The notes below the pieces were generated by a model. That model did no database searches. It was not told the origin of the DNA and worked only from the letters and a program-made list of their open reading frames with translations. DNA of 64,000 bases, taken from Squalus acanthias. Lineage: Eukaryota. Each line of letters starts with the position of its first letter. Position 1 is the first letter of the stretch. Shown piece after piece: positions 15,001 to 24,796 of this stretch. The stretch spans positions 1,984,001-2,048,000 of the forward strand of contig JASTWF010000035.1 of assembly GCA_030390025.1 (NCBI GenBank), read 5' to 3'. The translations under genes were made by a program, and so were the position numbers.

Positions 15001-15326
15001 AAACAGAGCAGGAGCGGAGCCAGAGTGACAGAGTACTTTAAACAGAGCGAGAGCAGAGTGCCAGAGCGACAGAGTACTTTAAACAGAGCGGGAGCGGAGA
15101 GCCAGAGTGACAGAGTACTTTAAACAGAGCGAGAGCAGAGTGCCAGAGCGACAGAGTACTTTAAACAGAGCGGGAGCAGAGAGCCAGAGCGACAGAGTAC
15201 TTTAAACAGAGCGGGAGCGGAGAGCCAGAGTGACAGAGTACTTTAAACAGAGTCGGAGCGGTGAGCCAGAGTGACAGAGTACTTTTCACAGAGCGGGAGT
15301 GGAGAGCCAGAGCGGCAGAGTACTTT
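1..15326. repeat. Satellite array of 39/41-bp monomers (consensus AGAGCCAGAGTGACAGAGTACTTTAAACAGAGCG[GG]AGCAG), roughly 380 copies, continues off the left edge
   Basis: Read directly: monomers start at 1, 42, 81 etc. Near-invariant core CAGAGTACTTTAAACAGAG; strongly purine-rich + strand; rare variants recur at ~3830-bp spacing. Confidence 0.98.
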
Positions 15327-15458
15327 GAGGGGGGAGGGTGAACAGCCAGAGGTCGTTGTCCATATCGGTACCAACGACATAGGCAGAAAGAGGAATATGG
15401 TCCTGCAGGCAGATTATACGGAGCTAAGGGAGTGATTAAAAAGCAGGACCTCAAAGGT
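15327..15458 (+). mobile_element. CR1 LINE 'A', ORF1 esterase fragment (part 1 of a fragmented host element)
   Basis: Translates GEGEQPEVVVHIGTNDIGRKRNMVLQADYTELRE*LKSRTSKV, matching the ORF1 copies at 23794-24441 and 62783-63010. Confidence 0.9.
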
Positions 15459-17178
15459 GAAAACCAAAGTTGGTCCATTGCAGTCAGATACGGGGGAATA
15501 TATAACGGGAAATAAGGAAATGGCAGACCAACTAAATGCATACTTTGGGTCAGTCTTTACGAAGGAAGACACAAAAAACCTCCCTGGGATATCGGGAAAA
15601 ATAGGGACATTGGCAAAGGAGGAACTGACGCAAATCAATATCTCTAAGGATATGGTGTTAAGGAAGCTAAAGGGATTGAAGGCGGACAAATCCCCAGGGC
15701 CTGATAACATGCATCCTAGGGTACTGAAGGAGGTGGCCCTAGAGATAGCGGATGCACTAAGTATGATTTTTCAGAATTCATTAGACTCGGGAACAGTGCC
15801 CATGGATTGGAGGGTAGCTAACGTTACCCCAATATTCAAAAAGGGGGGTAGGGAAAAAGCAGGTAATTACAGACCTGTAAGCCTTACATCAGTTGTGGGC
15901 AAAATGCTGGAGTCCATCATTAAGGATGAAATAGCGGAGCACTTAGCAAATGGGGACAGGATAGGACAGAGTCAACATGGATTTACAAAGGGTAAATCGT
16001 GCTTGACTAATCTATTGGAATTTTTTGAGGGAGTAACTGGTAAAATAGATGGGGGAGAGCCAGTAGATGTGGTGTACCTGGACTTCCAAAAGGCCTTCGA
16101 CAAGGTCCCACATAAAAGATTAGCATGGAAAATTGAAGCTCATGGGATAAAGGGGAAAGTATTGACGTGGATAGAGAACTGGCTGTCAGATAGAAAACAG
16201 AGAGTTGGAATAAACGGCTCATTTTCTGAATGGCTGGCAGTAACAAGTGGGGTACCACAGGGATCTGTCCTGGGTCCCCAGCTGTTCACAATTTACATTA
16301 ATGACCTGGATCAGGGAGTCGGATGCAGCATTTCCAAATTTGCAGACGACACTAAACTAGGAGGGGGGGTGGGCTCAGAGGAGGAGACCAGGAAGCTCCA
16401 GAGCGATTTGGACAGACTGGGTGATTGGGCGGATAAATGGCAGATGCACTATAATGTGGACAAGTGCGAAGTTATCCACCTTGGGTGCAGGAACGGGAGG
16501 GCAAATTATTATTTAAATGGCAATAAATTGGGAGAGGGGGAAGTACAGAGAGACCTGGGTGTTCTTGTACACCAGTCACTGAAGGCGAGCATGCAGGTGC
16601 AACAGGCGGTCAAGAAGGCAAACGGTATGCTGGCCTTCATAGCAAAAGGGTTGGAATACAGGAACAGGGATACCTTGCTGCAGCTGTACAGGGCACTGGT
16701 GAGACCACACCTCGAGTACTGTGTACAGTTTTGGTCGCCTCATCTGAGGAAAGATGTTCTTGCCATGGAGGGGGTGCAGCGGCGATTCACCAGGCTGATA
16801 CCAGGAATGGCGGGATTGACCTATGAGGAGAGACTATGTAGTTTAGGGATGTACACACTGGAGTTTAGAAGATTGAGAGGGGACCTCATAGAAGTGTATA
16901 AAATTCTGACAGGTCTAGACAGACTAGATGCAGAAGGAATGTTTCCCTTGGCGGGTGAGAACAGAACTGGAGGACATAATTTAAGGATAAGGGCTAAACC
17001 ATTTAGGACAGAAATGAGGGGGAATTTCTTCACTCAGAGGGTGGTGAACCTGTGGAACTCATTGCCACAGAGGGCAGTGTACGCCAGCTCATTAAATATA
17101 TTTAAGAGGGAATTAGATATATTTCTACAGGCAAAAGGGGTTAAGGGTTACGGAGAGAAGGCGGGGACGGGATACTGA
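15457..17178 (+). CDS. CR1 ORF2 C-terminal 573 aa (reverse transcriptase; endonuclease lost to 5' truncation)
   Basis: Motifs [47 protein letters not shown]. Confidence 0.9.
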   Translation: MKTKVGPLQSDTGEYITGNKEMADQLNAYFGSVFTKEDTKNLPGISGKIGTLAKEELTQINISKDMVLRKLKGLKADKSPGPDNMHPRVLKEVALEIADALSMIFQNSLDSGTVPMDWRVANVTPIFKKGGREKAGNYRPVSLTSVVGKMLESIIKDEIAEHLANGDRIGQSQHGFTKGKSCLTNLLEFFEGVTGKIDGGEPVDVVYLDFQKAFDKVPHKRLAWKIEAHGIKGKVLTWIENWLSDRKQRVGINGSFSEWLAVTSGVPQGSVLGPQLFTIYINDLDQGVGCSISKFADDTKLGGGVGSEEETRKLQSDLDRLGDWADKWQMHYNVDKCEVIHLGCRNGRANYYLNGNKLGEGEVQRDLGVLVHQSLKASMQVQQAVKKANGMLAFIAKGLEYRNRDTLLQLYRALVRPHLEYCVQFWSPHLRKDVLAMEGVQRRFTRLIPGMAGLTYEERLCSLGMYTLEFRRLRGDLIEVYKILTGLDRLDAEGMFPLAGENRTGGHNLRIRAKPFRTEMRGNFFTQRVVNLWNSLPQRAVYASSLNIFKRELDIFLQAKGVKGYGEKAGTGY

Positions 17179-17278
17179 ATTGGAGGATCAGCCATGATCT
17201 CATTAAATGGCGGAGCAGGCTCGAAGGGCCGGATGGCCTACTCCTGCTCCTATCTTCTATGTATCTATGTATCTATGT
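15459..17278 (+). mobile_element. Young 5'-truncated CR1 LINE inserted into ORF1 of CR1-A
   Basis: Uninterrupted RT ORF, CR1 3' UTR and (TATCTATG)n tail; host ORF1 resumes at VISGLLPVP right after the tail. Confidence 0.95.
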
Positions 17279-18567
17279 TGTAATCTCTGGATTACTCCCG
17301 GTGCCACGTGCGAGTGAGTACAGGAATAGGAGGATAGAACAGATGAATGCGTGGCTGGAGAGATGGTGATGGAGGGAGGGCTTTAGATTCCTGAGGCATT
17401 GGGACCATTTCTGGGGAAAGTGGGACCTGTACAAGTCGGACGGGTTACACCTCAACAGAGCCGGGACCGATATTCTCACGGGGAGGTTTGTTAGTGCTGT
17501 TAGGGAGGGTTTAAACTAGCTTGGCAGGGGGATGGGAACCAGCATATAGGAGTAGAAAAGAGGAATAAGGTGCATAAAAGAGTGAGTGTGTTGGATAGTA
17601 CTAGAGAAGAAAGTAGTACTAGTGGCAGAAGTAGTACCATATTAGATAGGAGCAGACTAAGAAAGACTACGAAAAATTCAAAAATGGGTGAAGAATGCAT
17701 GTACGTAAACGCACATAGTGTGGTGAATAAGTTTGGTGAGCTACAAGCACAATTAGTCATGTGGCAATATGATGTTGTGGCAATAACGGAAACGTGGCTT
17801 AAAAACGGTGAGGACTGGGCACTTAATATTCAAGGGTACAAGGTGTTTTGAAAAGATAGGGAAGGAAAAAACGGAGGTGGGGTGTCAGTGCTGATTACGG
17901 AAGACATTGTAGCGTTGGAAAGGGAGGATGTTCTTGAGCGGACAAGGACAGAATCCATTTGGTTAGAGTTGAGGAGCAAAAAGGGTATGATCACGCTATT
18001 GGGGGTATTCTACAGGCCTCCAAATAGTGAGAGGGAGGTAGAGGAGCAAATCTGCAGGGAAATCGCAGAGATATGCAAGAGCTATAGAGTGGTGATATTG
18101 GGGGACTTTAATTACCCAAATATCAATTGGGATAATGCTAGGGTAAAGGGAAAGGAGGGGGAGGAATTTCTGAAATGTGTTCAGGAGAATTTCCTTGACC
18201 AGTATGTTCTTGGCCCAACTAGGAAGGAGGCATTGCTGGATCTAGTGCTGGGGAATGAGGTGGGCCAGGTCGAACAAGTGTCTGTGGGAGAACACTTGGG
18301 TACGAGTGATTATCGTATCATAAGATTTAGATTAGCAATGGAGAGGAGCAAGGAACAATCTAGAGTGGAACTTCTAAACTGGAATAGGATTAACTTCAAT
18401 GGGATGCGAAAGGATCTAGCCAGGGTAAAATGGAACCAAAGACTGACAGGAAAAACTGTAACGGAACAATGGGTGATCTTTAAAGAGGAGATGGTCCAAG
18501 TACAGGCTAGGTACATTCCAACAAGAGGGAAGGGTAAGGGAACCCAAGCAAGGGCTCCTTGGATGAC
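17279..18567 (+). mobile_element. CR1-A part 2: ORF1 C-terminus (stop 17517-17519), linker and ORF2 APE endonuclease domain (degraded)
   Basis: ISGLLPVPRAS...DGLHLN...EGLN*; then YVNAHS, VAITETWL, YRPPN, GDFN, LLDL, SDY; breaks off at APWMT. Confidence 0.92.
17510..17519 (+). promoter_or_regulatory. Candidate -1 frameshift slippery site T_TTA_AAC + TAG at the CR1-A ORF1/ORF2 junction
   Basis: Heptamer is in ORF1 phase; the -1 frame is open for 20 codons into ORF 17570-17851. Confidence 0.65.
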
Positions 18568-19522
18568 ATTGAAACATAGAAATATAGAAGATAGGAGCAG
18601 GAGTAGGCCATTCGGACCCACGAGCCTGTTCCGCCATTCGATGAGATCGTGGCTGATCCTCCAAACTCAGTACCCTGTACCTGCCTTCTCCCCATATCCC
18701 TTGATCCCTTTAGCCTTAAGAAATATATCTAACTCCTTCTTGAATATATTTACTGACTTGGCCTCAACTGCCTTCTGTGGTAGAGAATTCCATAGGTTCA
18801 CCACTCTCTGGGTGAAGAAATTCCTCCTCATCTCTGTCCTAAATGGCTTACCCCTTATCCTTAGACTGTGACCTCTGGTTCTGGACTTCACCGCCATCGG
18901 GAACATCCTTCCTGCATCTAGTCTGTCTAATCCTGTTAGAATTTTATAAGTTTCAATGAGATCCCCTCTCATTCTTCTAAACTCCAGCGAGTATAAGCCC
19001 AATCGACCCAATCTCTCCTCGTACGTCATTCCTGCCATCCCAGGTATCAGTCTGGTGAATCTTCGCTGCACACCCTCCATGGCAAGAACATCCTTCCTCA
19101 GATAAGGCGACCAAAACTGCACACAATACTCAAGGTGTGGTCTCACCAAGGCCCTGTACAACTGCAGCAAGACATCCTTGTTCCTGTACTCAAACCCTCT
19201 CGCTACGAAGGCCAACATATCATTTGCCTTCTTAACCGCCTGCTGCACCTGCATGCTTACCTTCAGCGAATGGTGCACAAGGACACCCAGGTCTCGTTGC
19301 ACTTCCCCTTCTCCCAATCTATTGCCGTTCAGATAATAATCTGCCTTTCTGTTTTTGCCACCAAAGTGGATAACCTCGTATTTATCCACATTATACAGCA
19401 TCTGCCATGCTTCTGCCCAATCACCCAACCTGTCCAAATCATACTGGAGTTTCTCGGTATCCTCCTCGCAGCACACACGCCCACCCAGCTTTGTGTCATC
19501 TGCAAACTTGGAGATATTACAT
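18568..19522 (-). mobile_element. CR1 LINE 'B', 3' part (RT C-terminus and tail)
   Basis: ORF 18667-19605 with FADD...WNSLP; tail seen as ACATAGAA on +; TGAC duplicated at 18564-18567 and 27424-27427. Confidence 0.93.
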
Positions 19523-21859
19523 AGAAACATAGAAGATAGGAGCAGGAGTAGGCCATTCGGACCCACGAGCCTGCTCCGCCATTCGATGAGATCATGGCTG
19601 ATCATCCAAACTCAGTATCCTGTACCTGCCTTCTCCCCATATCCCTTGATACCTTTAGCTTTAAGAAATATATCTAACTCATTCTTGAATATATTTAATG
19701 ACTTGGCCTCAACTACCTTCTGTGGTAGAGAATTCCATAGGTTCACCACTCTCTGGGTGAAGAAATTCCTCCTCATCTCTGTCCTAAATGGCTTACCCCT
19801 TATCCTTAGACTGTGACCTCTGGTTCTGGACTCTCCGACCATCGGGAACATTCTTCCTGCATCTAGTTTGTCCAGACCTGTCAGAATTTTATAAGTTTCA
19901 ATGAGATCTCCTCTCATTCTTCTAAAGTCCAGTGAGTTTAAGCCCAATCGACCCAATCTCTCCTCGTACGTCATTCCTGCCATCCCAGGTATCAGCCTTG
20001 TGAATCTTCGCTGAACTCCTTCCATGGCAAGAACATCCTTCCTCAGATAAGGCGACCAAAACTGCCCACAGTACTCAAGGTGTGGTCTCACCAAGGCCCT
20101 GTACAATAGCAGCAGGACATCCTTGTTCCTATACTCAAACCCTCTCGCTATGAAGGCCAACATACCATTTGCCTTCTTCACCGCCTGCTGCACCTGCATG
20201 CTTACTTTCAGCGACTGGTGCACAAGGACACCTAGGTCTCGTTGCACATCCCCTTCTCCCAATCTATTGCCATTCAGATAATAGTCTGCCTTTCTGTTTT
20301 TGACACCAAAGTGGATAACCTCGCATTTATCCACGTTATATTGCATCTGCCACGCTTCTGCCCACTCACCCAACCTGTCCAAATCATCCTGGAGTTTCTC
20401 GGTATCCTCCTCGCAGCACACACGCCCACCCAGCTTTGTGTCATCTGCAAACTTGGAGATATTACATTTAGTTCCCTTATCTAGATCATTAATGTATATT
20501 GTGAATAGCTGGGGTCCAAGGACCGATCCCTGCGGTACCCCACTAGTCACTGCTTGCCACTCGTAAAAAGACCCATTAATTCCTACTCTCTGCTATCTGT
20601 CCGCCAACCAGTTCTCTATCCTAGTCAATACCTTGCCCCCCAATCCCATGTGCCTTAACTTTACACGCTAATCTCTTATGTGGGACCTTATCGAAAGCCT
20701 TTTGAAAGTCCAAATACACCACATCTGCTGGTTCTCCCTTATCTATTTTACCAGTTACATCCTCAAAAAATTCCAGTAGATTAGTCAAGCACGATTTACC
20801 TTTTGTAAATCCATGTTGACTTTGTCCGATCCTGTCACTGTTTTTCAAGTGCTCAGCTATTACATCCTTTATAATGGACTCTAGCATTTTCCCCACTACC
20901 GATGTCAGGCTTACCAGTCTGTAATTCCCCGCTTTCTCTCCAGCACCCTTTTTGAATAGTGGGGTAACATTAGCTACCCTCCAATTCATGGGTACAGTTC
21001 CAGATTCCATCGAATGTTGGAAGATGATCAGCAATGCATCTACTATTTCTAGGGCCACTTCCTTAAGTACCCTAGGATGTAGATTATCAGGCTCTGGGGA
21101 TTTATCGGCCTTCAATCCCGTCAATTTCCCTAACACCATTTCCCTGCAAATACTGATTTCTTTCAGTTCCTCCCTTTCATCAGACCGTATGTTCTCCAAC
21201 ATCTCTGGGAGAGTATTTGTGTCCTCCTTTGTGAAGACAGAACCAAAATATGCATTTAATTGGGCTGCCATTTCTTTGTTCCCCATTATAACTTTCCCCG
21301 CTTCTGACTGCAAGGGACCTACACTTGACTTCACTAATCTTTTTCTCTTCACATATCTATAAAAGCTCTTACAGTCAGTTTTTATGTTCCCAACAAGCTT
21401 ACTTTCATATTCTATTTTCCCCGTCTTAATTAATCCCTTTGTCCTCCTTTGTTGAATCCTAAACTGCTCCCAATCCTCAGGGTTACCGCTTTTTCTGGCG
21501 AATTTATATGCCCTCTCCTTGAATCTTATGCTATCCCTAATTTCCCTTGTTAGCCACGGTTGAGTCACCCTTTTTGTTTTATTTTTATGCCACACTGGGA
21601 TGAACAAATTCTGTAGTTCATCCATGCAGTCTTTGAATGTTTGCCATTGCCTATCCACCGTCAACCCCTTGAGTGACATTCCCCAATCAATCCTACCCAA
21701 TTCGTGCCTCATACCATCGTAGTTTCCTTTATTTAAATTCAGGACCCTAGTCTCTGATTCAACTACTTCACTCTCCATCCTAATGAAGAATTCTATCATA
21801 TTATGATCACTCTGACCCAAGGGGCCTCGTACAACAAGATTGCTAATTAATCCTTTCTC

Positions 21860-22304
21860 ATAGAAATATAGAAACTAGGAGCAGGAATAGGCCATTCGGC
21901 CCGTCGAGCCTGCTCCACCATTCAATACGATCATGGCTGATCATCCAAAACCAGTACCCTGTCCCTGCTTTCTCACACAGAATCCCCATCGAGCCTGCAC
22001 CGACACATATCCCACCCTATCCCCGTAACCCCACGTATTTAATTCCCCCTAACATATCCCTTCCTATCCTATCCCCGTAACCCCACATATTTAATCTCCC
22101 CCTAACACTAAGGGTCAATTTATCATAGCCAAATCAACCTAATCCGCACATTTTTGGACTGTGGGAGGAAACCGGAGCACCCGGAGGAAACACACGCAGA
22201 CACGGGGAGAATGTGCAAACTCCACACAGTCAGTCACCCGAGGCCAGATTCGAACCCGGGTTCCTGGCGCTGTGAGGCACCAGTGCTAACCACTATGCCA
22301 CCGT
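21860..22304 (-). mobile_element. tRNA-derived V-SINE (HE1-like) with a CR1-derived tail
   Basis: Minus strand has an A box (GGTGGCATAGTGG), a B box (GGTTCGAATC), the V-domain GGAGTTTGCACATTCTCCCCGTGTCTGCGTG...CCGGTTTCCTCCCACAGTCC, and a CR1 3' end. Confidence 0.9.
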
Positions 22305-22713
22305 GTTACATAATACCCAGCCTAAGATGGCCTGATCTCTGGTTGGTTCCTCGACATATTGTTCCAGAAAACCATCCCGTAAACATTCTAGGAATTCCTC
22401 CTCCACAGTATTTTTACTAATTTGGTTAGCCCAATCTATATGTAAATTAAAGTCACCCATGATGACTGCTGTGCCCTTACTGCATGCTTCTCTAATTTCC
22501 CTTTTAATGCCGTCCCCAACCTCCGTATTACTGTTTGGAGGTCTATATACCACTCCCACTAACGTTTTCTGCCCCTTGTTATTTCTCAGATCTACCCATA
22601 CAGATTCCGCATCATCAGAGCTAATATCCTTCCTTTCAATTGTGTTAATCCCCTCTTTAACCAGCAATGCTACCCCACCTCCCTTTCTTTTTTGCCTATC
22701 TTTCCTAAATAAT

Positions 22714-23462
22714 GGCCCGAAATTTAGACCTAATACGGGAGATTACGCGCTGTGTACTCTCGCGTATTTGGTCCCGAAGTGCCAGTTTCCTGCATGCACT
22801 GCGCATGCGCGGGAAACCGGCACTTCGGGTATTGCGAAGGAGGCGGTTCCTAAGTGAACCGCGTGCGCGCTACAGGTTGTGCGCACTTTTTTTTCAGGTT
22901 TGAACGCGCAGGTAAGTGTTGAAGATTTTACACATAAAGAAAGCAGGCATAAGACCCCCTTTTAACAAGGTAAGTAGTTAATTAAGTATTATTTTAAAAA
23001 AATTTCAACAGGTTTATCTTTTTTAGAGACTTTAAAGAAAGGTAAGTTTATTTTTATAATTTTTAAAAAGAATTAAAATTTTTCAAAAATTTTAATTTTT
23101 GTTTAAAGTGGTTAATTTATTTAACTATAGTTATTTTATTAATGTGATGGCTTTTTTTAAATTTAATTGAGGTTTAGCTGTTCTTTTGGGGGCTTGTTGT
23201 ATTCATAGTTTTGACAGCTCTTGCTGTCAAAACTATGAATGAAAGATGGTGTGCTGCCATTGGCTCTAACTGGCCCACGTGATCCCAGAGGTCGCATCGA
23301 ACTAACTGCGTCTCTGGGACATGCACACACTGTGCGCGGGCACCAGGGAGAGGCCCAGGAACTGAAGTTCGTGTGGGCCAAAACCATAAAGGTAGGCGTG
23401 GAGTGCGATATCGCGGGGGATCCTTACCCCCGCGGCAACCATCGAACTCCAATTTCTGGGCC
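22714..23462 (+). mobile_element. Non-autonomous DNA transposon (PIF/Harbinger-type MITE), family A copy 1
   Basis: Termini GGCCCGAAATT...AATTTCTGGGCC; flanks AAT/ATT; interrupts the CR1-C endonuclease; second copy inverted at 51661-52421. Confidence 0.85.
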
Positions 23463-23793
23463 ATTGAATACCCCTGGATGTTGAGTTCCCAGCCTTGGCC
23501 ACCCTGGAGCCATGTTTCTGTATTCCTGATCAAATCGTATTCATTTACCTCTATTTGCGCAGCTAATTCATCCACCTTGTTCCGAATGCTCCTTGCATTA
23601 AGACACAAAGCCTTCAGGCTTGTTTTTTTAACGCTCTCAGACCTGTATGAATTATTATTTACTGTGACCATGTTTGATTTAAACCGTTGAGTTCTTTGCA
23701 TTCTACTTTTGTTTTTCTCCTTCCTGTCTTTAGCTTTTATCCTTGTTTCCCTTTCCTCTGTCTCCCTGCTCAGATTCCCAACCCACTGCCACT

Positions 23794-23803
23794 TTAGTTT
23801 AAA
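23794..23803 (-). promoter_or_regulatory. Candidate -1 frameshift slippery site T_TTA_AAC + TAA at the CR1-C junction
   Basis: The -1 frame is open for 34 codons into ORF 23174-23701, which carries the endonuclease start LCLNARSIRNK. Confidence 0.65.
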
Positions 23804-24746
23804 CCCTCCCCAACAGCACTAGCAAACACTCCCCCAAGGACATCGGTCCCGGCCCTGCCCAGGTGCAGACCGTCCCGTTTGTACTGGTCCCACCTCCCCC
23901 AGAACCGGTTCCAATGTCCAAGGAATTTGAATCCCTCCCCCTTGCACCATTCCTCTAGCCACGTATCCATTTGAAATATCCTCCTATTTCTACTCTGACT
24001 AGCACGTGGCACTGGTAGCAATCCTGAGATTGCTACCTTTGAGGTCCTATTTTTTAATTTACCTCCTAACTCCCTATATTCTGCTTTTAGGACCTCATCC
24101 CGTTTTTTACCTATATCGTTGATGCCTATGTGCACCACGACAACTGGCTGTTCGCCCTCCCCCTCCAAAATGTTCTGTAGCCGCTCCGAGACGTCCTTGA
24201 CCCTTACACCAGGGAGGCAACACACCATCCTGTAGTCTCGTTTGCGGCCGCAGAAACGCCTATCTCTTCCCCTTACAATTGAATCCCCTATCACTATAGC
24301 TCTTCCACACTTTTTCCTCCCAGCCTGTGCAGCAGAGCCACCCATGGTGCCAGGAAGTTGGCTGCTGCCGCCTTCCCCTGATAAGTCATCCCCCCCAACA
24401 GCATCCAAAGTGGTATATCTGTTTGAGAGGGGGATGGCCACAGGGGACCCATTGCACTACCTGCCTGCACCTCTTACTCTGCCTGGTGGTCACGCATTCA
24501 CTTCCTGCCTGTACACCCTTTACCTGCGGTGTGACCAACTCACTAAACGTGTTATCCACGACGTTCTCAGGGTCGCGAATGCTCCAATATGCATCCATCC
24601 GCAGCTCCAGCGCCGCAATGCGGTCCGTCAGTAGCTGCAGCTGGATACATTTCCCACACACATGGTCGTCAGGGACACAGGAAGTGTCCCTGATTTCCCA
24701 CAAAGTGCAGGAGGAGCATATCACGGGGGTGGAGCTCTCCTGCCAT
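23794..24746 (-). pseudogene. CR1-C ORF1 (CxxC-CxxC zinc finger, leucine zipper, SGNH esterase), frameshifted
   Basis: CSSC...CGKC, LLTDRIAALELRM, IGDSIVRG, VHIGIND, DGLHL in ORFs 24386-24724 and 23794-24441. Confidence 0.9.
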
Positions 24747-24796
24747 GACTTACCCTTTAATTAATTAATTAAAATTAAACTAATTGAATCCCACCA

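Larger units (their letters stand above)
19523..24796 (-). mobile_element. Near full-length CR1 LINE 'C' inserted in CR1-B (short 5' UTR remnant, ORF1, ORF2, tail)
   Basis: ORF2 pieces 19612-20550, 20621-21820, 22293-22667, 23174-23701; ORF1 23794-24746; ATATTACAT duplicated at 19514-19522 and 24797-24805. Confidence 0.95.

Noticed and set aside
1..15326. CRISPR-like periodicity (constant core plus variable segment)
   Set aside because: The variable part is only ~8-10 nt of point variants of one sequence, not unique spacers; no cas genes; vertebrate TE context
1..15326. TTTAAAC in nearly every satellite monomer, the same heptamer as the CR1 slippery site
   Set aside because: No ORF context, and the flanks do not match the ORF1 stop region; treated as coincidence
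15457..17178. Prokaryotic RT system (retron, DGR, group II intron) or a domesticated RT gene
   Set aside because: Typical CR1 ORF2 with 3' UTR and microsatellite tail, 5'-truncated, no own ATG or promoter
22240..22304. tRNA gene (also 51575-51645 and 60880-60945)
   Set aside because: A/B boxes run on into SINE bodies or decay; no complete cloverleaf or terminator
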